Positions 1 through 9,800 of a stretch of 64,000 nucleotides of DNA are shown one piece after another. Both the position numbers and the translations under genes were made by a program. The notes under the pieces are model-generated. The model was not told where the DNA came from. It searched no databases and saw nothing but the letters and a program-made list of their open reading frames with translations. Source of the DNA: Bryobacterales bacterium (GTDB taxonomy: Bacteria > Acidobacteriota > Terriglobia > Bryobacterales > UBA6623); contig OZ244172.1 of the NCBI GenBank assembly GCA_965216545.1, positions 1,082,607 through 1,146,606 of the forward strand, in the 5' to 3' direction. How positions within the stretch are numbered: position 1 is the first letter of the stretch; every line of letters starts with the position of its first letter.

Positions 1-819
1 ATCGGCCTCTCCCGTGTTGAGGTAGACGAATAGGCCGAGCTTTTCGTGGGCGGCTGCGATGTCGAGCTTGCCGTCGGCGTCGAAGTCGGCGATGGCGACC
101 GCGCGGGTGGCCGCGGCGGGCGGTCCGAACGGCTTTGTGGTTCCGAAATTGCCCTTGCCGTCGTTGAAGTAGACGAGGCTCGCGCCGCCGTCGCGATGGG
201 GCGCGATCAAGTCCTGGTCGCCATCGCCGTCTATGTCGGCCGCCAGGATGCTGGACGAGGATTCGGGGCCCAACGACCGGCAGCGCCACTCAGCGCCCTG
301 GCCCGCATTGAGACAGACTTGGTTAGGCGTAGGACCACGGTTCGCTAACGCGGCGTCGGCCAAGCCGTCGTCGTTGAAGTCGGCAAGCACAGCGTTCCGC
401 GTCGGCCATTGCGGGTCGCCGAAGGACCCCGCGAGCTCGAAACCGCCGGCTCCATCGTTACGGTAGGCCAGCTTGGCGTCGGGCCGGTCGTTGCTGACGA
501 TCAGGTCCAGATCGCCGTCACCGTCGAGATCGGCCAGCGGCGCCGAGTAGCTGCGATCGGAGACGTCGCTCAGCGCCGAGCCCGCGTCGAAGCGGCCGCG
601 GCCGTCATTGAGGAAGACGCGGTCGGGTGCGGGCCAATGCCGCCCCTTGGCCAGCACCACGTCGAGGTCCCCGTCGCCGTCGAGGTCGCCCAGGCTGACG
701 CCGGCGGTCTTCTCCGCGACCTCCTCGAGCAGCAAGGCCTCGCCAAAGCGACGAGCTTGCGCTCCGACCGCAAGCGCCGCCGCCACGCCTAGAATCGCGA
801 TCCGCCGACTGCGCATCAT
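1..819 (-). CDS. FG-GAP/VCBS repeat secreted protein (3' end runs off the window)
   Basis: Not in the ORF track because it has no stop in the window. Hand translation from ATG 819 (or 816): MMRSRRIAILGVAAALAVGAQA...GDLDGDGDLDVVLAKGRHW...VFLNDGRG, with further GD(L/F)(D/N)xDG repeats. The start overlaps the upstream TGA (ATGATG). Confidence 0.85.
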   Translation of the reverse strand, partial: MMRSRRIAILGVAAALAVGAQARRFGEALLLEEVAEKTAGVSLGDLDGDGDLDVVLAKGRHWPAPDRVFLNDGRGRFDAGSALSDVSDRSYSAPLADLDGDGDLDLIVSNDRPDAKLAYRNDGAGGFELAGSFGDPQWPTRNAVLADFNDDGLADAALANRGPTPNQVCLNAGQGAEWRCRSLGPESSSSILAADIDGDGDQDLIAPHRDGGASLVYFNDGKGNFGTTKPFGPPAAATRAVAIADFDADGKLDIAAAHEKLGLFVYLNTGEAD

Positions 820-2159
820 CCGACGGCGATGAGCTCCTCGGTCGTGCGGAAGTACAGCACGCCCTGCGAGACTGCCGGCGTGGCAAAGCAGGGCGCGCCC
901 ATCGTGTTGCGCGACAGCACTTCCAGCCGCGGCCCGTCGCGCAACACGTAGACCGCCCCGTTTTCGGCCGGGCAGTAGATCTTGCCGTCGGCCGCCACCA
1001 ACGAGGCGAACATCGAGGCGCCCGGATCGAGCCGCTTCTCGTAGAGCTTTTCGCCGGTCTTGGCTTGAAAGCAGCGCACCACGCCGTTGGTATTGCCGAA
1101 GTACATGCGCTCGCCGTAGACGACCGGAGTCGAGATGTAAGAGCCGCCCTGCTCGGTCGTCCAAACGAGCCCCTCGCCCTCGGCGCCGTCACTGGGGCTG
1201 ATGTCGCCCTTGGCTTCGGCCCGGATGGCATGGATAGGGGACTTGCCGCCGTGAGCGTTGGTGACGTAGATCCAGCCGTGGGCTTCAAAAGGCGTCGGGA
1301 TGGGGTTGTCGCCGCCTCCGGCCAGGCGCCAGATCTCCGCTCCGGTCTCGAGATCGTAGGAGACGATCCAGGGCCAGCCGTTCGCTACGACCTGCACTCG
1401 ATTGCCGTCGGCATGGATCATCGGCGCGCCCCAACTCCGCTCGCAGTCGCCCTTCCTCGAGACCCGCCAGAGCTCTTCGCCGTCGGAGAGGCGAAACACT
1501 GCCAGATAGGGATTCGCCGGATCATCGCAGAGCAGCGCGACGCGGTCTTGGTAGAGCGTTGGAGAGCTCGCGTAGCCCCAGCCGATGCCGTACTTGCTGA
1601 TGTTGACCACGCCCAGGTCCCGCTGCCAGAGCAGATCGCCGTCGAGGTCGTAGCAGTGAAGGCCTTCCGAGCCGAAGAAGGCGACGAGCCGTTTGCCGTC
1701 GGTGGCGGCAGTGGTGTTGGCGTGGGTCGCCTTTTGGTGCCGCGATGCTCTGGGCGCGCCACGATGGGCGGTGCGACGCCAAAGCTCGTCGCCGGAGCGC
1801 TTGTCATAACAGAGCACGACCCAGCTCTGCTCGCCGTTGTCGTCGGCGGCGTCTGACGCTCCGCTGCGACCGATTTGCAGCGGAGCTTTGCCGCCCGGGC
1901 GGACGGCCGAGAGCAGAAAGAGCTTGTCGCCCCAGATGATTGGGCTCGAATGTCCCAGCCCGGGGACCGCCGCGCGCCACCTCACGCCCTCGGCCGCGCT
2001 CAGGTCCCAACGGTCTGGCGTAGCGAACCCGTCGGCCACGCCGCGAGCGCCCGGGCCGCGGAACGCCGGCCAATTCGTCTCCGAGACCGCGCCTCGCACT
2101 GGCAGAGCGGCGCCGGCGGCCGCGCCCAGGAAGGCCCTACGCGAAAGTGGACTCGACAT
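816..2159 (-). CDS. PQQ-like (BamB-family) beta-propeller protein with Tat signal
   Basis: Start set at ATG 2159 (MSSPLSRRAFLGAAAG, twin-arginine signal). NWPAFRGP, GHSSPIIWGD and repeated Trp-docking motifs (GEELWR, GAEIWR). Confidence 0.85.
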   Translation of the reverse strand: MSSPLSRRAFLGAAAGAALPVRGAVSETNWPAFRGPGARGVADGFATPDRWDLSAAEGVRWRAAVPGLGHSSPIIWGDKLFLLSAVRPGGKAPLQIGRSGASDAADDNGEQSWVVLCYDKRSGDELWRRTAHRGAPRASRHQKATHANTTAATDGKRLVAFFGSEGLHCYDLDGDLLWQRDLGVVNISKYGIGWGYASSPTLYQDRVALLCDDPANPYLAVFRLSDGEELWRVSRKGDCERSWGAPMIHADGNRVQVVANGWPWIVSYDLETGAEIWRLAGGGDNPIPTPFEAHGWIYVTNAHGGKSPIHAIRAEAKGDISPSDGAEGEGLVWTTEQGGSYISTPVVYGERMYFGNTNGVVRCFQAKTGEKLYEKRLDPGASMFASLVAADGKIYCPAENGAVYVLRDGPRLEVLSRNTMGAPCFATPAVSQGVLYFRTTEELIAVG

Positions 2160-2470
2160 CGTGTTTGACTGTAGGGGGCGGCCTGTTGAAATGCAACCGT
2201 TGAAACCGGGACACAACGACAATCGTGGAACCCATAGGGGTGTTCGTTTTGTCACAAGGGGGTCTAACATGCGAGGTCTATCGCTTCTCCTGCTCCCCGG
2301 CAGCGGCGTTGTCCGCAGCAGCGTGTCCAGGAGATGGCTGGGCAACTCGCTGCCAGCGAGGCTCGCATTCGGGAGCTTCGTGATCAGATCCGGGAGTCGA
2401 GCGCACGGTCGGTGGAGATCGAGGAACAGGTGGAGGCCGAGCTCGGCGAGCTCTCCTTTTGACCCAGCCG

Positions 2471-3355
2471 CTAGCTCTCGGCGCGGCGGCTCGCCGCCGC
2501 GCGCTTGGCTACGTACATGGCGGTGTCGGCGGCTCGCAGTAGGTCCTTGGGCTTTTCTCGATCCGGGCCGCCGCGGGAGACGCCGATGCTGGCCTGGGGC
2601 GAAACGGGTACGCCGCTGATCGAAACGCTCTCCGCCAACCGTTCGCGGACCCTAGCCAGAACGCGCTCGAGCTTCTCGTCGTCGGCCACGCCGCTGAGCA
2701 ACGCCGCGAACTCGTCGCCGCCAACCCGCGCAACCACGTCATCGCCCCGCAGCGCTTCTTTCAGTCGCCTTCCCACCTCTCGCAGCAGCTCGTCGCCCGC
2801 CAGGTGTCCGAGCTCGTCGTTGACCCTCTTGAAGTTGTCCAGATCTAGAAACAGCACGGCGATGGAGTCGCGCGCTTCGGGAGGCAGCCGGCCCCACCGC
2901 AGGGCTAGCTCTTCTTGAAAGAAGGTACGGTTCGCCAGCCCAGTGAGCTGATCGTGGTAGGCGTCAAAGCGTAGCTGTTCCTCGCGCCGTCGGAAACCCT
3001 CCGCCTCGCTCTCGAGGCTGGCCTGTGAGCGGGCGACTCCGTAAGCCAAGACGAGGCAGCCGCTGACCCCGAAGGCCGATTGGGCGACCGTGTCCCAGTG
3101 CTGATTCTTCGTGAACTCGTCGCAGAAGTCCACGACGATCTGCAGGCTAAACAGTGTCCAGCCCAGGTGCAGAGCCGTACTCGCTACCCTCCGAATGAAG
3201 ATGTACCCGACGATGGCGCCGGATAGGTAAACGGCCGCGAGCGAGACTTCCAACCAGTCCGGCGGCAAGTCCAGCGGGCGCAGCAGAAACCACGCCCCGC
3301 CGACGACCGGCATCAGGACGAAAAGCCACGGTACATGCTGGAAACCTCGGAGCAA
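2471..3355 (-). CDS. Membrane-anchored diguanylate cyclase
   Basis: About 4 N-terminal hydrophobic helices; DQLTGLANR, DLDNFKRVND, intact GGDEF and an RxxD I-site (RGDD) five residues upstream. Start uncertain. Confidence 0.9.
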   Translation of the reverse strand: MLRGFQHVPWLFVLMPVVGGAWFLLRPLDLPPDWLEVSLAAVYLSGAIVGYIFIRRVASTALHLGWTLFSLQIVVDFCDEFTKNQHWDTVAQSAFGVSGCLVLAYGVARSQASLESEAEGFRRREEQLRFDAYHDQLTGLANRTFFQEELALRWGRLPPEARDSIAVLFLDLDNFKRVNDELGHLAGDELLREVGRRLKEALRGDDVVARVGGDEFAALLSGVADDEKLERVLARVRERLAESVSISGVPVSPQASIGVSRGGPDREKPKDLLRAADTAMYVAKRAAASRRAES

Positions 3356-3493
3356 CCTAGGTCCAATTGTGCGTCCGCCACGCGCGGATACAAATGGACC
3401 GGTCGTTCCGATGCTCTAGGGGGAATCTCTCAATGCGTCACAGAAATATCGCCAATTCGGCGCGACATTACCGTGAATGACTGGCAAAATTCT

Positions 3494-3667
3494 TCAGCCA
3501 ATCATCGGTTCGCCGTCGCTCGGGTCGCGCTCGTCGAGCTGTGCGCGCAGTTGGCTTACTTGGTCGCGAAGGCTCTTCTGGCGTGCAGCCAGAGTGTAGA
3601 CGTAGAGAATGTGGAGCGCCCAACCGACGCCAAAGGCCAGCCACAACCACTTGAGGTTCTCACCCAT
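3494..3667 (-). CDS. ccmD: Heme exporter protein D-like (CcmD)
   Basis: 57 aa, one TM helix then a charged helical tail; AGGAG RBS; 10 nt downstream of ccmC. Confidence 0.75.
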   Translation of the reverse strand: MGENLKWLWLAFGVGWALHILYVYTLAARQKSLRDQVSQLRAQLDERDPSDGEPMIG

Positions 3668-3677
3668 GTCTTTGCTC

Positions 3678-4379
3678 CTAAAGCGCGTGTACTTCTCGCC
3701 GCAATGCATCCATTTCGCGCCGCAGGTGCTCGATCCTGCGCCGGACGCGAACGAGACACCAAAATACGAAAAGCAGCGCCACGAGGCTGAAGTAGAGCAC
3801 GAAACGCATGTTCGGGTCGAGCGAGCCCTCGCCCGAGAGCACCGGCGCGGGATGCTGCGTACGCCACCACTGGTTCGCCATGTAGACGATCGGGATGTCC
3901 ACCATGCCGAAGATCGACACCACCGCGCAGACCACGGCGCGCTGCGTCGGCTCGAAGATCGACTGCCGCAAGATCAGGTAGGCGATGTAGATGAGCGCAA
4001 GCAGCAGCATCGCCGTCAAGCGCGCATCCCAGGCCCAATAGACGCCCCAAATCGGCCGCGCCCACAGGCTGCCGGTCACCAGATTGACCACGGCGAAGAC
4101 CAAGCCGACCTCGTTGGCCGCCACAGAAAGGTCGTCGAAGCGGTGGTCGCGACTGGCCAGATACCGAATGCTCGCGATGCCGCCAATGGTGAAGGCTAGA
4201 AACGCAACGAACGCCGACGGCACATGGAAGTAGAAGATCCGCTGAACGACGCCCATGGTGGCTTCCATGGGAACCCACACGAAGGTGAGGTAGAACATCG
4301 CAACGACCAGGCCGACGGTGACCAGCGCGAGCCATAGCGGTACGGCGGCGCTCTCGTAGTGATCGGCGGTTGATCGCAC
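3678..4379 (-). CDS. ccmC: Cytochrome c biogenesis heme exporter CcmC
   Basis: RIFYFHVP His ligand, WWD motif WARPIWGVYWAWDARLT, WWRTQHP His ligand. Start set at GTG 4379 (uncertain). Confidence 0.92.
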   Translation of the reverse strand: MRSTADHYESAAVPLWLALVTVGLVVAMFYLTFVWVPMEATMGVVQRIFYFHVPSAFVAFLAFTIGGIASIRYLASRDHRFDDLSVAANEVGLVFAVVNLVTGSLWARPIWGVYWAWDARLTAMLLLALIYIAYLILRQSIFEPTQRAVVCAVVSIFGMVDIPIVYMANQWWRTQHPAPVLSGEGSLDPNMRFVLYFSLVALLFVFWCLVRVRRRIEHLRREMDALRREVHAL

Positions 4380-4486
4380 GGCGGGCTCTTCGGAAAGACC
4401 CCCAGTGTAGCAACACGGCCGGCGCTGTAAACTTCGTCGCTGGGGGCGCGAAAAAGCACATTGGGCGGCGGCGCTCACGCGGTAAT

Positions 4487-5473
4487 ATGATCGTCATGTC
4501 GACTCGCTCTCCCCTGGCCTCGGCCCTCGCCATGGCGCTCTTCGTCAGCGCCCCCGTCTTCGGCGAGAGCGCCGGCACGGTGCAGAAGCTGGCATCGCTG
4601 TTCGGCGCGGACGCTGCCTCGCCACGGCAGGCCGCCACCGTGCCGATCTCGGTGCAGCATGGCGCCACGTTCGCGCAGTTCGGCGTCGAGCTCTCGTATT
4701 CGCCCAATACCTTTGGCACCATCTTCGGGCCCGTCGCGCCCTCGTCGCCGGCGCAGACGGCCGGGTCGGGCAGCCTGGTCAACCGCACGATGGATTGGAG
4801 CCAGTCGTTTGAGAACGGCGTCGCTCCGACCAGCCTCGACGGCGTCCAGGTTCGCGTCAACGGCCGCGACGCCTTCATTTCGTTCATCGGGCTGGGCTCG
4901 GACTTCAGCCGCGACTTCGACCAAATCAACTTCATCTCGCCCGACGATGACTCGATGGGCCCGGTGACGGTCGAGGTCATCAAGGACGGCGAGACGGTCG
5001 GCTCGGGCATGCTCAACCTCGGCGCGGTCGCCCCAGCCTTGTTTGCCTTCTCGCCGGTCGACTCCGGCGGAAATACGTTCTACGCGGCCGCGCAGGCCGA
5101 CTTCTCGGCGTTCATAGCTCCGGAGGACCTCTTTGGCGGTCCGGTAGGCGGCGTGCCGGTGCAGCCGGCGGCCCCCGGCGACGTCATCTCGATCTTCGGG
5201 ACCGGTTTCGGCGCAACGGATCCAGCGGTTCCCGCCGGCAGGCAGCTCGGCGCCGCCGAGCTGGCGCCGCTGGCTGCGGCTCCCGCGATCCGGGTAGGCG
5301 GGATGCCCGCGGAGGTGTTCTACGCCGGCTTGGCCCCTGGGCTGACCGGGGTCTACCAGTTCAACATCCGCGTGCCGAACTTGATGGACGGCAACCACCG
5401 GATCGAGATCGACGTCGAGGGTTTGACGACGCCGCTGAACGCCTTCTTGCCGGTGCAGGCAGCCGCGCCATAA
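4487..5473 (+). CDS. Secreted protein with Solibacter-type C-terminal (TIGR03437-like) Ig/IPT domain
   Basis: Signal peptide; PTSLDGVQVRVNG, QINF, PAAPGDVISIFGTGFGAT, YAGLAPGLTGVYQFNIRVP. Start 4487 or 4496. Confidence 0.8.
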   Translation: MIVMSTRSPLASALAMALFVSAPVFGESAGTVQKLASLFGADAASPRQAATVPISVQHGATFAQFGVELSYSPNTFGTIFGPVAPSSPAQTAGSGSLVNRTMDWSQSFENGVAPTSLDGVQVRVNGRDAFISFIGLGSDFSRDFDQINFISPDDDSMGPVTVEVIKDGETVGSGMLNLGAVAPALFAFSPVDSGGNTFYAAAQADFSAFIAPEDLFGGPVGGVPVQPAAPGDVISIFGTGFGATDPAVPAGRQLGAAELAPLAAAPAIRVGGMPAEVFYAGLAPGLTGVYQFNIRVPNLMDGNHRIEIDVEGLTTPLNAFLPVQAAAP

Positions 5474-5514
5474 CCGCGGGCGGCCGTGCGGTATACTCAC
5501 GGCGCATTCGGGCT

Positions 5515-6459
5515 ATGAACGCACGGCTGGGCATCCTCGTCGATCCGCTCTACAAGGAGCACGATACGGGCCACGGGCACCCCGAGCGCCCGGAACGCTA
5601 CGACGCCGTGCGGGCGGCCGTCGAGGGCAGCGTCGCCGCCGATCGAGCAGAGCGCATCCTCCCGCGCAAGGCCGGAGTCGATGAGCTTGCTCTGTGCCAC
5701 GGCCGAGATTACATTGCGCTCGTCGAGCGCGAGGTCGGCCAGGGGCGTCGCGAGCTCTCCACCGGCGACGCCACAATCAGCCCGCGCAGCTACGAGGTCG
5801 CACTCCAAGCCGCCGGCGGAGTCATCTCGGCCGTCGACCGAGTATGCGGCGGTGAGCTCGATCGCGCTTTTTGCGCGGTGCGCCCGCCGGGCCATCACGC
5901 GCGCCCGGCTCAGGGCATGGGGTTCTGCCTGTTCAACAACATCGCCGTCGGGGCGCGCCACGCCCAGCGCCAACACGGGCTGGAGCGCGTCCTGATCGCC
6001 GATTGGGACGTCCATCACGGCAACGGGACGCAAGACATCTTCTACCAGGACGGCTCGGTATTCTTCTTCTCGACCCACCAATCGCCGTGGTACCCCGGCA
6101 CCGGCAAGGAGTGGGAACGCGGCGAGGGGGCGGGTAAAGAGACGACACGCAACTGCCCCCTGCCGGCCGGCTCGGGCCGGGAAGAGATCCTCGGAGCGTT
6201 CCGGGAACAGCTCCTGCCCGCGGCGCGCGCCTTCGCGCCGGATTTGGTGATGATCTCGGCCGGATTCGACTCGCGCCGGGGCGATCCGCTGGGTCAGTTC
6301 CTACTCGACGATGGCGATTTCGCGGAGCTGACCGGAATGCTGCTCGAGCTCGCCGAGGCGTCCTCGGGAGGACGCGTCGTCTCCGTGCTCGAAGGCGGCT
6401 ACAGCCTCTCCGGGCTGACGGCGGGAGTCCAGGCGCACCTGGACGCGCTGGCCGGCTGA
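5515..6459 (+). CDS. Zn-dependent histone deacetylase-family (HDAC/AcuC-like) deacylase
   Basis: HPERPER, RPPGHH, GFCLFNN, DWDVHHGNGTQ, SAGFD, LEGGY. Confidence 0.95.
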   Translation: MNARLGILVDPLYKEHDTGHGHPERPERYDAVRAAVEGSVAADRAERILPRKAGVDELALCHGRDYIALVEREVGQGRRELSTGDATISPRSYEVALQAAGGVISAVDRVCGGELDRAFCAVRPPGHHARPAQGMGFCLFNNIAVGARHAQRQHGLERVLIADWDVHHGNGTQDIFYQDGSVFFFSTHQSPWYPGTGKEWERGEGAGKETTRNCPLPAGSGREEILGAFREQLLPAARAFAPDLVMISAGFDSRRGDPLGQFLLDDGDFAELTGMLLELAEASSGGRVVSVLEGGYSLSGLTAGVQAHLDALAG

Positions 6460-6467
6460 GAGGGCGG

Positions 6468-6851
6468 CTACTGCCGACTGCTGGTGCGGATCTCGACGAT
6501 CCGGGAGGTGGTGATGGTCTGGAAGTCGGGGTGGTGGAATTCGAGGTGCATGCCGCGCCCGATGTAGGCGACCTTCAACATCGAGCCGCCCCAACTCGAG
6601 CCATGGATGCTTACCAGCGTCGGCTTGGGACAGAACACGGGATGGCCTGAGATGTAGGCGCCGCCGTCGCCGTGCACCACCAGCCGGTAGCAGCGATTCT
6701 CCGTGTCGACGTCGAGCTCGGCGCCTTCGGGCAAATCGCCCAGATGCACGCCGCCTTCAATCTCGGATTGGATGATCCGCCGATTGACCTCGGGACTGAA
6801 ACTGTGGAGTCCGGTGAACAGATCCGGTGAACCTGAGGCGCGCGTATCCAT
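6468..6851 (-). CDS. Hypothetical protein, probable last gene of the MoxR operon
   Basis: 127 aa globular-looking ORF starting 20 nt after the upstream stop; it exactly fills the gap to the convergent HDAC gene. Confidence 0.7.
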   Translation of the reverse strand: MDTRASGSPDLFTGLHSFSPEVNRRIIQSEIEGGVHLGDLPEGAELDVDTENRCYRLVVHGDGGAYISGHPVFCPKPTLVSIHGSSWGGSMLKVAYIGRGMHLEFHHPDFQTITTSRIVEIRTSSRQ

Positions 6852-6871
6852 CCGAATTCGACCCTATTCTA

Positions 6872-9800
6872 CTACTTGTCGCCGCGGCTCAAGCGCCTAA
6901 AATACTCGGCAACGGCTTCTCGATACTCCTCCGGCACCGGCTCGGACACGATGACGCGAACATCTCCGCCTTCTTCAGTCTCGACTTTGCGGCGAGCCTG
7001 CAGCTCCAATTGTTCGAGCAGGCTCAACACCGAACGGTACTCGCGTTCGAGCAATTCGGGGTTGTTCTTGAACTTCGAGCTCGACAGCTCGCGCGCTTTG
7101 TTGCGAATGGCCTGGAGGTCTTCCTCGAAAAGACCGCCGCGACGCAGATCGTTGGTGATCCGAGGCACGCTGCGCAGCCCCTCGGCGAGCGCCTGCTCCA
7201 TGCGCTCGCGCGTAGCCGGGTCGATCGGGCCTCCCGAGCGCAGCGGCCCCCAGTCGCCCCAATTCGACGCGCCGACACCTTGGCGCGGGCCACCCTCGTG
7301 CCAACCTTGCGCGCCGCGGCCGACGCGGTCGCTGGGCTGCCGGCCGCCCTGGGCGAACTGCGCCTGCCCCGTACCCTGGCCCTGGTTGCTTCCCTGGCCG
7401 GGAGAGGAGCCTTGGCGGCCCTGCTGGCCCGGCTGCTGACCTTGGCCTGGCTGGTTGCCCTGCTGGCCTTGCTGTTGGCCGGGTTGCTGTCCGCCCTGCC
7501 CGTTCTGCGCCTGCTGTTGGCCTGGTTGTTGGCCTTGGCCGGGCTGCTGGCCCTGTTGACCTTGCTGACCTTGGCCTTGCTGTTGGCCCTGCTGGCCTTG
7601 GCCCTGCTGTTGGCCTTGCTGCTGGCCCTGACCTTGCTGGTCGCCCTCGCGATTGCCTCCGGCGGCCTGTTCGAGGCTGCGGCGCAGATCCTGCATCTGG
7701 GCGAGCGCCCGGCTCAGCTCATCCTGCCGGCCTCCCTGGCCGCCGTTCTCGGCAAGCTCCTGCGCATCTTCTACATCGCGTTGGAGCTGACGGAGCGCGC
7801 GCGAGACGCCCTCCTCGCTCGAGGCGACATAAGGAGCGCCGCCGCGGCGGATGTAGTCGGCGGCGGTTTGCAGCCGCTTGGTCACCTCCGCCTGCTGCAT
7901 CTCGCCGAGCGCCGAGCGTAGCTTACGCGCGGCGTCCGGGTTGGCCTCGCGCATGCGCCGAACCGTGTCCTGGATCTCGCGCTCGATCGACTGCAGGTCC
8001 TCCGCCATGCCGCTCTTTTGCTCAGCAAGCTCGCGCTCCTGGTCTCGGGACAGGCCGCTCGAGAGACGCCCGCGCTGGCCGCTCTCCTGCTGCTTGCGCA
8101 TCTCAGCCAGGGCCTTGCGCAACGACTCCTGTAAGACGGGCTGCATGGCCTCCTGGCGCTCGACGAGATCTTCCACGCCGCGCGCGATATCCGACAGCGC
8201 GCCTTGGTTCTGCCGCTCGCGCTGCTCGGCGAGCTGCTGCAGGGCTTGGTTGAGCTGCTGCTGGGCGCGCTGGGCGGCCTGTTGTTGCTGCGGCGGCGAG
8301 CCTCCCTGTTGGCCCTGGGCGCCGGCGTTCTGCTCCATCGCCTCGGTGGCGCGCTCGAGCTGCTCGACCGCGCGCTGAAGAGCTTGTTGCTGTTGCCGCT
8401 GGCTGCCGCCCTGGCCGCCCGACTGCCCGGACTGGCCTTGTTGACCTTGCTGGCCCTGCTGCCCGGACTGCGATTGCTGCTGCGATTGCGCTTGTTGAGA
8501 CTGTGATTGTCGCTGGAGCTGTTGGAGTTGGCGCTTGAGCTCTTCGGCCTCCCGCCGCAACATCTCCTGCTGCCAGCGTTCGGCGAAACTGGGATCCTTC
8601 TGGTCGCGAAGCTGCTGCGCGAGCTGCTCCTGGCGGCGGGCGAGCTCTTCGAGCTTGCGGAAGGCGTCGTCGATCTCGCGCTCGAGCTGCTGCTGCGCCC
8701 CTCCTCCGCCTCCTGTTTCGTATTGGTTCTTCTCGAGATCCATCTCGAGCTCGAACATCTCGGCGAGGTCCTGGCTCATGCCGCCACCGCCGCCGCCACC
8801 GCCGCCGCCCTGTTGGAAGGCGACCTGAATGTCAGTGAATAGCGACTCGGCGCGGAGCAAGTATTGCAGCGCCTTCTGCTCGGGTTGCACGGCGGACTGC
8901 AGCTTGACCTTCGCCAGCTCGTCCGAAGCCGGCTGCATCGCTTCGGCGGCCTTCTCAAGGTTCTCGACGAACTGGCGGAACTTCTCGTTGGCGCCGGAGA
9001 GTTGGCGCGCGCGGGTCCGCTCAGCCAACGTCTTGGCCTGCTCCTTGAGCGTGAGCTGCAGCTCGGAGAGCATGCGGGCGCTCTCTCGAATCTCGGCTTT
9101 CGAGCGGCCGTCCCGGGCGTTCTGTTCCTGAATCAGGTTCCAGGTGGCGGTGATGATCTCTTTCTGGCGCTTCGAGATCTCATTTTGCTGGTTCATGTCG
9201 CCGCCGCCGCCACCGCCCTGCTGCGACTGCTGGAAGGTCCGCTCGAACGGCTGCACCTCGATGAAGTACATGTCCGTTCGCGCGACCGCGGCATGGTCGC
9301 GCGCCAGGATGTAGTAGGAGATCAGGTCGCCCGGCTCGAGCTTGCGCCGCACCGTGCGCGGTTCCTTCTCCTCGGGCTCGAGCGGCTGCTCTTCCGCGCC
9401 GTTCGGCAGCAACATCTGGATGCCGACCTCGTTCTCGTCCGGCACGATGGTTTCGATCACGCCCATGTCTTCCAAATAGAAGACGTGGGAGGCGTTCACC
9501 CGTCGGCCGCGGCCCTTGAGGGCCTTGTTGGTCCACTCGCCGCCGTTGACCGAGTAGTGCAACTCGAACGAGCCAATGCCGAAGTCGTCGGTGGCCTCGA
9601 AACGGGCCGTCACCTCCTCGATGCTCGTGGCCTTCCAGTCGCGACCAGGTTTGAGGATCTTCACTTGCGGCGGCTCGTCCGAGGTCACGGTGATGAAGAA
9701 GTCCTCGGTCAGGCGCACGTGCTCGCCTTCGTAGATCGCCGCGACGTGGTACTCGCCGTCCTTGTCGACGGTCAGCTCCGCCCGAACGGTGAGGTCGCCG

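Noticed and set aside
816-2159. Calling the beta-propellers (also 46462-47811) bamB or active PQQ dehydrogenases
   Set aside because: No lipobox, no bam context and no dehydrogenase active-site motifs; they belong to an expanded paralog family.
5515-6459. Histone deacetylase as a eukaryotic gene transfer
   Set aside because: The family is widespread in bacteria and the composition matches the neighbouring genes.
6827-7921. Plus-strand 364-aa ORF with a long Leu/Ala 'membrane' stretch
   Set aside because: It is the antisense shadow of the Gln/Gly repeat (CAG reads CTG, GGC reads GCC).
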